From positions 1 through 48,945 of the forward strand of contig CALJIY010000073.1 of NCBI GenBank assembly GCA_937973945.1: DNA of 48,945 nucleotides. The letters are read 5' to 3'. The DNA comes from an uncultured Saprospiraceae bacterium. Lineage in GTDB: Bacteria > Bacteroidota > Bacteroidia > Chitinophagales > Saprospiraceae. This document shows, piece after piece, positions 37,078-44,773 of the stretch (the first letter of the stretch is position 1; every line of letters begins with the position of its first letter). Both the position numbers and the translations under genes were made by a program. Below the pieces are notes generated by a model. It made no database searches and was not told the DNA's origin. It saw only the letters and a list, made by a program, of their open reading frames with translations.

Positions 37078-37196
37078 GAACACCGAGGCACAGAGCGCAC
37101 TGAGTTAGATGAAATTTACTCTGTGTGCTCTGTGGCTCCGTGCTCATTTTTATCAACGTCAAGCAAAGAACTCTGTATCTCTGTGGCTCCGTGTTC
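37078..37196. repeat. Family A element (copy A4): one left arm and two right arms
   Basis: The left arm is GAACACCGAGGCACAGAGCGCACTGAG (37078-37104). The right arms are CTCTGTGTGCTCTGTGGCTCCGTGCTC (37119-37145) and CTCTGTATCTCTGTGGCTCCGTGTTC (37171-37196). Both right arms lie inside the 3' end of the minus-strand CDS. Confidence 0.9.
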
Positions 37197-39437
37197 ATTT
37201 TTTATACCTAATATAGTCTCCAAAGTAGGTATCAACTTCTCTGATCGCTCCTCGTTCAATTCCGTTTCTACTTTCTTAGTATCTTTTACTAGTCGCTTTC
37301 CTTTTTTAGCTAATTGTAGCATCTTTTCCCTTTCTGGTCCTGAAAAATTAGAGAATGTCCTTCGCAGTATTGGGAGTATTTCCATTAGGCGTTCTTCGCT
37401 CAAATCTGCTACCCATTGATCTAAAATAGACCATAGTATTTCGTTATAAATTAATAAAAGACCGCTTCCGTGTAAAAAGCCTTCAATCCATTGTGCACTG
37501 TGCATTGGTTTGTGGCCTTTAGATAATGCCAACATCATATTAGTCGTTGTGGCCTCCACAGAAAGTATTTCTTTATCAAATAATATTCTAGTACACAAGC
37601 CTGACAACATTCCATTATTCCCTTTTACAAGCTGCCCGATTGCTTGATACCATTGGGTAATATAACTTGGAATATTTAAGGTATGTATGGATCGATTGAC
37701 TGCGATCAGTCTTTGGAAAACTTCATTTGTAGCATCCCCATCTAAGGATTTACAACTATTAGGCAAGCCGATACAGATACGTGGAATAATTTGATCAATA
37801 ACAGATTGTACCGCTACGGTATTAAAATTTCTGGAACTTCCATATCGAATAATATTCACTAAAGAAGGCAAAGCATCCATTAAATTAAAGACGTCTCTAG
37901 TAATCGCTGATAAATCGCTTAGCTGCTGGGTTAAAGCGATGATAACTTCTTTTAAATCTGCATGTAATGCTTGCTCTATCAAACCCGTTAACTGAGCTAG
38001 ATTTTCTTGCTTTTCTTTTGAGGAAAGAATATAATTCGTAGCTGCCTCATATACGGTACTCCCCCACATACCCGCCTCTATAATACGGATGGCAAAGTCT
38101 GGTTCCCATTCCAAATTCCAATGTTCTTTGAAACTTCCTTTGCTATACTTGGAGCCCTCAACAACTGTTCCCCATGGAATATCCAATATATTTAAACGGT
38201 GCAATAAATGGCTAGCTAATAAATTAGTTGGCGTTCTTAAATCTAATGCTTTTTCTATTTTCTCTGCCGCTTCATAAGCTTTTGTCAAACGGGCTGATTT
38301 AATATTCTTTATTAAATCCTGTTGCAGTGGCACTACTGGAATCGTATCGGGTACTTCCCCCATTCGATTGCCTATGATCAATTGTTGTTCAATCAAATCT
38401 AAGGGTGCCGTATATCCTCCACAAAAAACAGATACCGCTGCTTCCGATAACTCTTGTATACCTGGCACTGCAAGCGATCGTATCATCCCCAAAGAACCAG
38501 CTAATCGGACCGCTTCTATAACATGTGCGGAAGAGGCTTCTAAATCTTCTTTTCTAAATAACTTCGCCACTCTGGTCATCCAATGAATGACCACATCTTC
38601 AGGATGATCATACAGCAATTGATACCAAGCAGGAGAGACCACACCTGCTCCATAACCACTCATTTTGGACAAGCGTTTATAAGACCAAGGTACCCAAGTA
38701 GCTTTCGTTTTTGATTTTTTAACGCCTTTTAAAAATTGGTTATCATGCGCTGCTTTATAACCCTGCCACTTATCCAATACAGGGGCATGCCAAGCGCCGC
38801 AGACTACCGCTATTTTGGAAAAGCCTTTCTTTACCGCCGTTCTAATCACTTTCCGCATATAAGCTTCTCGCTGTAATTCCCTATATGACGGTGGCTTGGC
38901 AGCAGCACGTAGTTCTGTCATGAGCTGCAAGATCGTTTCAAAAATCGCAATTGGGTTGTCTGGATTTTCAAACATAACCTCCCACCAGCGTTCGCTATCT
39001 TCGTAACCTGCCAGTTTCGCAATTTCGCCAAATGGGTCTTTATAAATAGTGGTGTCTTGATCTGTTGTACCCGTCAATTGGAAATCTATGGCTTGTTGTT
39101 GCTCTTGTTGAGCCGTCGTGTCTAAAGTAAAGGCGTAGGTGCGTGGCAAGTCCATAAATTCTGTAGGAATATCTTGCGCTAAACCATATTTTAAGGCTTG
39201 CCATTCTGGAGAAAAGTGAGCAAAAGGAAAGTAAGCTGCTTGTTTTAAATTGGAAGGATTATAGACCAATAAAGCTACAGGTGGCACTAAATCTGGGTTG
39301 GCAATATATTCTATCGCATCATTGGCATCAGGCGGCCCTTCTATGAGCAGACAATCTGGTTGCAGTTCTGATAAGGCGGTCATTAAGCTCTTGGTAGAGC
39401 CTGGGCCATGATGTCTAATACCGAATACGTGTACCAT
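37116..39437 (-). CDS. DUF5682 (YehM-like) family protein
   Basis: The N-terminus VHVFGIRHHGPGSTKSL...PDCLLIEGPPD matches my recollection of the DUF5682 signature. Length is 773 aa. The last 27 residues are encoded by repeat arms. Confidence 0.65.
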   Translation of the reverse strand: MVHVFGIRHHGPGSTKSLMTALSELQPDCLLIEGPPDANDAIEYIANPDLVPPVALLVYNPSNLKQAAYFPFAHFSPEWQALKYGLAQDIPTEFMDLPRTYAFTLDTTAQQEQQQAIDFQLTGTTDQDTTIYKDPFGEIAKLAGYEDSERWWEVMFENPDNPIAIFETILQLMTELRAAAKPPSYRELQREAYMRKVIRTAVKKGFSKIAVVCGAWHAPVLDKWQGYKAAHDNQFLKGVKKSKTKATWVPWSYKRLSKMSGYGAGVVSPAWYQLLYDHPEDVVIHWMTRVAKLFRKEDLEASSAHVIEAVRLAGSLGMIRSLAVPGIQELSEAAVSVFCGGYTAPLDLIEQQLIIGNRMGEVPDTIPVVPLQQDLIKNIKSARLTKAYEAAEKIEKALDLRTPTNLLASHLLHRLNILDIPWGTVVEGSKYSKGSFKEHWNLEWEPDFAIRIIEAGMWGSTVYEAATNYILSSKEKQENLAQLTGLIEQALHADLKEVIIALTQQLSDLSAITRDVFNLMDALPSLVNIIRYGSSRNFNTVAVQSVIDQIIPRICIGLPNSCKSLDGDATNEVFQRLIAVNRSIHTLNIPSYITQWYQAIGQLVKGNNGMLSGLCTRILFDKEILSVEATTTNMMLALSKGHKPMHSAQWIEGFLHGSGLLLIYNEILWSILDQWVADLSEERLMEILPILRRTFSNFSGPEREKMLQLAKKGKRLVKDTKKVETELNEERSEKLIPTLETILGIKNEHGATEIQSSLLDVDKNEHGATEHTE

Positions 39438-39439
39438 TT

Positions 39440-39579
39440 AATTAGAGTAGAGAAGCGAGAGCAGAGAATAGAGACGAAATCCGTTTTAAGATAAATTTCT
39501 GTACAAGCCGACTTAGGAATTTTAATTGTCGAATTAAACAAGCAATTGCTGGCCAAAAAGAATGTGCTCTACTCTAATT
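39440..39579. repeat. Family B element (copy B2), outer arms only
   Basis: AATTAGAGTAGAGAAGCGAGAGCAGAGAATAGAGACGAAATCCGTTTT (39440-39487) pairs only through AATTAGAGTAGAG with GCTCTACTCTAATT (39566-39579). It starts 3 nt from the DUF5682 start codon. Confidence 0.8.
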
Positions 39580-39590
39580 CACAATACAAC

Positions 39591-39699
39591 AGAGTAGAGA
39601 AGCGAGAGCAAAGAATAGAGATTGGATTCGTTTGCAAGCAACGAAACTTGGTTGTTTGCAAACGCATTGGATCTCTACTCTCTATTCTCTGCTCTAATT
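39591..39699. repeat. Family B nested palindrome (copy B3)
   Basis: AGAGTAGAGAAGCGAGAGCAAAGAATAGAGA, an inner CGTTTGCAA/TTGCAAACG hairpin, then TCTCTACTCTCTATTCTCTGCTCTAATT. Its last 6 nt include the stop codon of the 39694 CDS. Confidence 0.85.
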
Positions 39700-40191
39700 C
39701 AAAAGCAACACCCCAGATGCCATAAACTTCAACTCTTCTTTTGGCGCTGTAATCATGGCTATTTCCTCGGCAGATTTGCCTTCATCTTCTGCATAATGAC
39801 GCAATTCATCCACTGGAGTAACCTCTTTGAAAGCATAGCCATCCATAATTACTTTTTTCCCAGAAATATCTTTCGGCATGAAAAATCCATAATCTTTAAA
39901 CTTAACAAACATTGCTGGCTGGTCTGGCTTTTCAGAAACAATATTCATCCAACAACCTTTTGCTTGGCAGACACCTTCCACCGTGCCGATCACTTTGGTT
40001 CTTAAAGAATCTGTACTCGCTATTTTAGTCAATAGATCATCGTAGGCGATGACATTTTTCTGATCGATTTTTTCACCAAAAGAAACTACTTTAGCAACAC
40101 CATCTTCTGCTTCTACAATTTCTCCTTTGGGAGCAGAGTTACAAGCAGCAAAAAACAAGGCAACACAACTGATAATTATTATTCGTAACAT
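39694..40191 (-). CDS. DUF4920-like lipoprotein
   Basis: The lipoprotein signal MLRIIIISCVALFFAAC comes from the ATG at 40191 (the track uses a TTG at 40230). The motif VCQAKGCWM and FKDYGFFMPKD match my recollection of DUF4920. Confidence 0.55.
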   Translation of the reverse strand: MLRIIIISCVALFFAACNSAPKGEIVEAEDGVAKVVSFGEKIDQKNVIAYDDLLTKIASTDSLRTKVIGTVEGVCQAKGCWMNIVSEKPDQPAMFVKFKDYGFFMPKDISGKKVIMDGYAFKEVTPVDELRHYAEDEGKSAEEIAMITAPKEELKFMASGVLLLN

Positions 40192-40276
40192 AGATAGGAT
40201 ATTAGACTTGTTTAAAATGAATTCTTTCAAAGATAGGGAAAGCAGCTATGGAATTCAAGTTTCCAATCTCACTACA

Positions 40277-40408
40277 CTACTAGACATTGTTTAGAACAGA
40301 GAGCAGAGACGTGTTTCGTCTAAAGAAACAATGAAATTTCGTCAATTTTACACGAAATCTGTCTCTATTCTCTGCTCTCGCTTCTCTGTTCTTTAAAATG
40401 TCCAGTAG
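40277..40408. repeat. Family B nested palindrome (copy B4)
   Basis: CTACTAGACATT...GAACAGAGAGCAGAGACG...CGTCTCTATTCTCTGCTCTCGCTTCTCTGTTC...AATGTCCAGTAG. It lies between DUF4920 and gldE. Confidence 0.85.
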
Positions 40409-40420
40409 GATGCAACCTCA

Positions 40421-41833
40421 TCAAAATTTAGGTAGAGTTAATTGTACTTGCTCTATCCGTTTCTTATTGACCGACTTGACTTTAAACGTGCAGCTGTCGG
40501 TCAGAATTTCCATTCCTTTTTTAGGGAATCGACCTCTTATTTCTAAAATAAGCCCCGCTAAAGAATCGGCATCGCCACGATATTCGTCAAAAACATTTGT
40601 GTCTAATCCGACTACCCTACAGGCATCATTCAATAAAGTCTTCCCGTCGAAAAGATAGTTGTAATCGTCAATTTTTTCATACTCTATTTGTTGATCGTCA
40701 AATTCATCTCGAATTTCTCCAATTATCTCTTCCATTACATCTTCTAAGGTAACGATCCCTGCCGTTCCTCCATACTCATCTACCACAATTGCCATATGCA
40801 TCCGGCGAGCTTGAAATTCTTTTAATAAGTCATCAATTTTTTTTGCTTCTGGCACATACAGCATCTCTGTTCTCAATAATTGCTGCCATTCAAAATCATC
40901 TTTTTCTTGCAAATGACCGAGCAAATCTTTGGCATATAAAATTCCCGTAATATGGTCTAAATCCTCGGTATAAACAGGTATTCTTGAGTAGTTAGAATTA
41001 ACAACAACTTTAAGTGTTTTTTTATAATTTGTATTAAAGTCTAAAGCCAAGACATCCACTCTTGCTTTCATGATTTGCTTTACAGATACATCTCCAAAAT
41101 GAATGATACTTTTCAGAATATCCATTTCTCCTTCAGAATGTATCCCATCTGTTACCGTTAAATTTATAGCTTCATCTATATCTGTTTTACTAGCCGCACT
41201 AGTTACATATCTACGTTCTAAGCGCTTTTCCAAACCATCACTCCAATTGACTAGAATTTTACTAATTGGAGAAAAGACTCGTTTCAATATGCCCAAAGGA
41301 GTAGCCATTAATCTGGCTAACCAAACATTATTTAATTTCGCATAAACCTTTGGGGCCACCTCGCCAAATAAAACTAAGCAGAAGGTAACAGCGACCACTG
41401 TGATCAATAAATTAATCAACTGGCCAAGGGAATAAATAGTAGCTGGTATGAAAGAAAAAGAGTTTAAGATCTGCGCGGCCCATCCTTCACAAATTTCCGA
41501 CGTAAAGATATTTCGCAATGCAAAATCAGAGATAATGACAATCGCAATATTGATAAAATTGTTGCTAATAAGAATAGTTGCTAATAAAGTACGAGGCGTT
41601 TCTAGGAGCTTAGTTATTTTTTTGGAATTGTCAGATTGTTCGTTCTTAAGGCTATCCAGGTCATTAGGAGACAGGGAAAAATAGGCGACCTCAGAACTAG
41701 AGATAAAGGCAGAACAGAGCAGCAGGAACAGTACTAAACCACCTGCAATTGCAATGCTTAGGTTTGAAACCGCTAAAAAAAGAAAGGAGGAAAGCATTAA
41801 TCCAAAATCCATAAAGGCCAGCTCAGCTTCCAA
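40421..41833 (-). CDS. gldE: CNNM/DUF21 + CBS pair + CorC_HlyC protein; gliding-motility GldE-type
   Basis: An N-terminal four-helix DUF21-type membrane domain, a CBS pair, and a C-terminal CorC/HlyC transporter-associated domain. Its position directly downstream of ssb and mutY matches the Flavobacterium gldE locus. The start is a TTG at 41833 or an ATG at 41812. Confidence 0.7.
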   Translation of the reverse strand: MEAELAFMDFGLMLSSFLFLAVSNLSIAIAGGLVLFLLLCSAFISSSEVAYFSLSPNDLDSLKNEQSDNSKKITKLLETPRTLLATILISNNFINIAIVIISDFALRNIFTSEICEGWAAQILNSFSFIPATIYSLGQLINLLITVVAVTFCLVLFGEVAPKVYAKLNNVWLARLMATPLGILKRVFSPISKILVNWSDGLEKRLERRYVTSAASKTDIDEAINLTVTDGIHSEGEMDILKSIIHFGDVSVKQIMKARVDVLALDFNTNYKKTLKVVVNSNYSRIPVYTEDLDHITGILYAKDLLGHLQEKDDFEWQQLLRTEMLYVPEAKKIDDLLKEFQARRMHMAIVVDEYGGTAGIVTLEDVMEEIIGEIRDEFDDQQIEYEKIDDYNYLFDGKTLLNDACRVVGLDTNVFDEYRGDADSLAGLILEIRGRFPKKGMEILTDSCTFKVKSVNKKRIEQVQLTLPKF

Positions 41834-41924
41834 ATAGTTTTGTGTTAGGAGGAGAAAAGTAAACGAAATGCTTATTTCCCTCAGTCCTTAGTTAAAATAA
41901 TTAGAAGATCTTATGCTTTAAAAA

Positions 41925-41991
41925 ATAGAGAAGCGAGAGTACGAGATACATCTCTATTCTCGCTTCTCTGCCCTAATTCAATGTCCAGTAG
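41925..41991. repeat. Family B short palindrome (copy B5)
   Basis: ATAGAGAAGCGAGAGTACGAGATACATCTCTATTCTCGCTTCTCTG followed by CCCTAATTCAATGTCCAGTAG, the same right-end tail as B4. It lies between ssb and gldE. Confidence 0.8.
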
Positions 41992-42011
41992 TGCAATAAG
42001 ATCTTCTTCTG

Positions 42012-42494
42012 TTAAAATGGTAAATCATCTTCTGCTGCCCCTCCTTTATCCGCAGGAGCGGTATTTTCAGCTGCTGCAGGCTTTGTTGCAGAAGTTTTTT
42101 CAAATTCTTTAGCTTGTGGCGCACTTTCTGTACCAGGAAAACTTGAACTATAACCGCCGCCGCCATCTTCTCTCTTCTCTAATAAGCGGAAAGTGTTGGC
42201 TACCACTTCTGTTGAGTAGCGATTGCTACCATCTTCTGCCTGCCACTTACGGTGGGTCAGTTTACCATCTACATATACTAATTTTCCTTTTTTTAATTGC
42301 TGTTCTGCTCGTTCGGCAAGTAATCTCCATACCACTATATCGTGCCACTCCGTTGTTGTTTGCCATTCTCCGCTTTTGTCTTTGTAATTTTCGTTAGTAG
42401 CCACGCTAAATTTAGCTACAGCGATGCCATTTTCTAGTCGACGAACTTCTGGGTCTTTACCAACCCTACCTATTAATGTTACTTTGTTTACCAT
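42012..42494 (-). CDS. ssb: Single-stranded DNA-binding protein
   Basis: The OB-fold N-terminus MVNKVTLIGRVGKDPEVR..., a Gly/Pro/Ala-rich linker, and the acidic tail DDLPF. Confidence 0.95.
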   Translation of the reverse strand: MVNKVTLIGRVGKDPEVRRLENGIAVAKFSVATNENYKDKSGEWQTTTEWHDIVVWRLLAERAEQQLKKGKLVYVDGKLTHRKWQAEDGSNRYSTEVVANTFRLLEKREDGGGGYSSSFPGTESAPQAKEFEKTSATKPAAAENTAPADKGGAAEDDLPF

Positions 42495-42612
42495 GAGTGT
42501 AGTTATTTCGTTAGTATAAACGGTTTAGAAAGATTTAGTTTGAACCACCAATATTCAATGTATTAAGGAGTAATGTCATTGGAATAAGAAGGTTATGTTT
42601 TAAGATCAAGCA

Positions 42613-42669
42613 CAAGAATCAAGTTCAAGTACAAAAACCAAACGTAGACCCTCTTGAACTTGATTCTTG
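42613..42669. repeat. Family D palindrome (copy D1)
   Basis: 17-bp perfect inverted repeat CAAGAATCAAGTTCAAG / CTTGAACTTGATTCTTG with a 23-nt loop. A further AAGTACAAA / TTTGTACTT pair is not nested. Confidence 0.85.
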
Positions 42670-42726
42670 AATTTGTACTTCAAAGAATTCATTACTTTTT
42701 TATTGCAATAACATTAGTATTAGCAG

Positions 42727-43818
42727 TTAAAACAGTTCTAAATATAGTGATTTATCCTTTAAATACCAATCTATGATTTTTGGAAATGCGAATTTAGGAA
42801 TGTTTTTTTGATTGACGGGAATAAATAAGGAAGGAATGCTTTTTGGTAGCTTTTTAAGGCTAATTTCGTTGAAAACAGCGATAATTTTTTGATGGGTCAA
42901 TAATTGTTTAAAAGGTTTTGATCTTTTCGTAAATTCATAAGCCGTATTCTCTAGTAAACCTTCAAAAAAATCGGTAGCGACTAATTCTTCTTTACTTAAA
43001 AGAGTTGTTGCTTCTATTAATGGAAAATCATACAAATTCTGCCAAATATCTTTTTCTGTTCGCTTATGCAACAAGATCGTATCTCCACATTTTATCAACA
43101 AATAATTGAAATACCGTTCTCGCTTCTTAAGCTTTTTAGATTTAACGGGTAAACTAGAAATCCTATCACTAGCCAATGCCACACATTTCTTCTGAAACGG
43201 GCAAATCGTGCAATTCGGATTAGCAGGAGTGCATTGAGTAGCACCAAAATCCATGATGGCTTGATTATAGACCCCTGCTGTTCTTTTGGCAAGTAGTTGA
43301 TCTGCTAGTTGTGCGAACTGCTTTTTCCCAGGCGTAGAATCAATCGGTGTTTCAATGCCAAAGACTCTAGACAATACTCGATAGACATTCCCATCGACTA
43401 CGGCATATGGCAAACCATAAGCAAAAGAAGCTATCGCTGCCGCCGTGTATGGCCCGACTCCTTTTAACTTTAATATTTCTTCGTGTGTCGTAGGAAAAAT
43501 TCCATCTAAGTTATAAGTGATAAATTTGGCAGTAGCATGAAGATTTCTAGCTCTAGAATAATACCCTAGCCCTTCCCACAATTTCATAACGGTGTCTTCT
43601 GAAGCATCCGCCAATTTTTTTATAGTAGGAAAGTGTCGTTTAAACTTTTCAAAATAAGGCAAGCCTTGTTCTACTCTTGTCTGCTGCAAAATAATCTCTG
43701 ATAGCCAAATATAATAAGGGTTTTTCTCCCCTTTCCAAGGCAATGGCCGATCATTGTTCTTAAACCATTTTAATAAGCCTTTTTTAAAAAAAGACAAGTC
43801 GGTTGTCTTTTCGTTCAT
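42727..43818 (-). CDS. mutY: A/G-specific adenine DNA glycosylase
   Basis: HhH-GPD region (LKLKGVGPYTAAAIASFAY), a 4Fe-4S cluster loop (CTPANPNCTICPFQKKC) and a C-terminal Nudix-like domain. I chose the ATG at 43818; the track start at 43863 adds 15 residues. Confidence 0.9.
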   Translation of the reverse strand: MNEKTTDLSFFKKGLLKWFKNNDRPLPWKGEKNPYYIWLSEIILQQTRVEQGLPYFEKFKRHFPTIKKLADASEDTVMKLWEGLGYYSRARNLHATAKFITYNLDGIFPTTHEEILKLKGVGPYTAAAIASFAYGLPYAVVDGNVYRVLSRVFGIETPIDSTPGKKQFAQLADQLLAKRTAGVYNQAIMDFGATQCTPANPNCTICPFQKKCVALASDRISSLPVKSKKLKKRERYFNYLLIKCGDTILLHKRTEKDIWQNLYDFPLIEATTLLSKEELVATDFFEGLLENTAYEFTKRSKPFKQLLTHQKIIAVFNEISLKKLPKSIPSLFIPVNQKNIPKFAFPKIIDWYLKDKSLYLELF

Positions 43819-43886
43819 TCGTATGTTTTTAGTGCATTCTTTTTTACCAAGTCTAATAATCATATCATCCTACAAATCCTACCATC

Positions 43887-44537
43887 CTAGTCGTCCTTAT
43901 TCAGTCCAGCCAACAAAGGCACAAATTTAAAATCATCTAAATATTCTCGACTATATTTTCGCTCCGTCAATCTGACTATTTTACACATTTTCTGCACTTC
44001 TTCTCCCACTGGCACGACCAATATACCGCCAATTTTCAGTTGCTCCAATAAAGGATTAGGGATCGAAGTAGCGGCCGCGGTTACTAATATTTTATCAAAT
44101 GGAGCATGATCTGGCAAACCTTTCATACCGTCTTTTAGAAACGTTCGAATCCCTTTGAATCCTAATACTTTTAATAGTTCTTTTGTTTTATCATACAGCA
44201 TTTCTTGGCGTTCCACTGTATAGACTCTAGCTCCCAGAAACGACAATACGGCGGCTTGATAACCAGAGCCTGTTCCTACCTCTAAAATTCTTTCTCGTTT
44301 TTTAATTTGTAATAAACTCGTTTGGTATGCAACTGTAAATGGATGAGAAATGGTTTGCTTATTACCAATAGGAAATGCCTTATCTGCATATGCCCACTCC
44401 TCAAATGCTTTTTCTAAAAATAGGTGTCTAGGAATCGTAGCGATCGCTTTCAAAACAGCCTCGTCTTGTATGCCTTTTTGATAAAGCGTTTCCACTAATT
44501 TCTTTCTCAATCCTTTATGTCGATACGTATCTTTCAA
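43887..44537 (-). CDS. pcm: Protein-L-isoaspartate O-methyltransferase
   Basis: The SAM motif ILEVGTGSGYQAAVLS and the overall PCMT pattern. The start codon is a TTG. Confidence 0.9.
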   Translation of the reverse strand: MKDTYRHKGLRKKLVETLYQKGIQDEAVLKAIATIPRHLFLEKAFEEWAYADKAFPIGNKQTISHPFTVAYQTSLLQIKKRERILEVGTGSGYQAAVLSFLGARVYTVERQEMLYDKTKELLKVLGFKGIRTFLKDGMKGLPDHAPFDKILVTAAATSIPNPLLEQLKIGGILVVPVGEEVQKMCKIVRLTERKYSREYLDDFKFVPLLAGLNKDD

Positions 44538-44566
44538 TGCCTCAATTTTTCTGAGCGTAGGGAATT

Positions 44567-44629
44567 GAACACAGAGGCACGGAGCGCACAGAGTGAATTA
44601 ACCTCTGTGTGCTCCGTGCCTCTATGTTC
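44567..44629. repeat. Family A palindrome (copy A5)
   Basis: GAACACAGAGGCACGGAGCGCACAGAG, a 9-nt spacer, then CCTCTGTGTGCTCCGTGCCTCTATGTTC. It lies in the divergent intergenic region between pcm and the 44774 gene. Confidence 0.9.
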
Positions 44630-44773
44630 CTTATTCTAAAGTATAAATGGAACTCAAGTACTCCACAAATACGGAATATAGGGAAATTTTCGAGCCACTT
44701 TAATAAAGAGCTCTGTTTTTTTGAGTAAAATTGTGAATTAGTAAGTTGAATAATATATTGACTATCAAATAAC

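Noticed and set aside
37054-37419. 121-aa plus-strand ORF
   Set aside because: It starts in the A4 repeat and runs antisense to the well-supported DUF5682 CDS. Its composition is low-complexity and Ser-rich.
39440-39579. Invertible promoter (inverton) upstream of DUF5682, flanked by AATTAGAGTAGAG / CTCTACTCTAATT
   Set aside because: The inverted repeat is simply the outer arm of a family B element. I found no TAnnTTTG-type promoter box in either orientation inside the 113-nt segment. No invertase or recombinase gene is nearby.
39440-41991. Could the clustered repeats be a CRISPR array?
   Set aside because: The units are inverted (palindromic), not direct. They are separated by whole genes of unequal length, differ in size, and no cas genes are present.
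44143-44152. tRNA T-arm-like word GTTCGAATCC
   Set aside because: It lies in frame inside the pcm CDS, with no acceptor or anticodon arm context. No tRNA-like cloverleaf was seen anywhere in the window.
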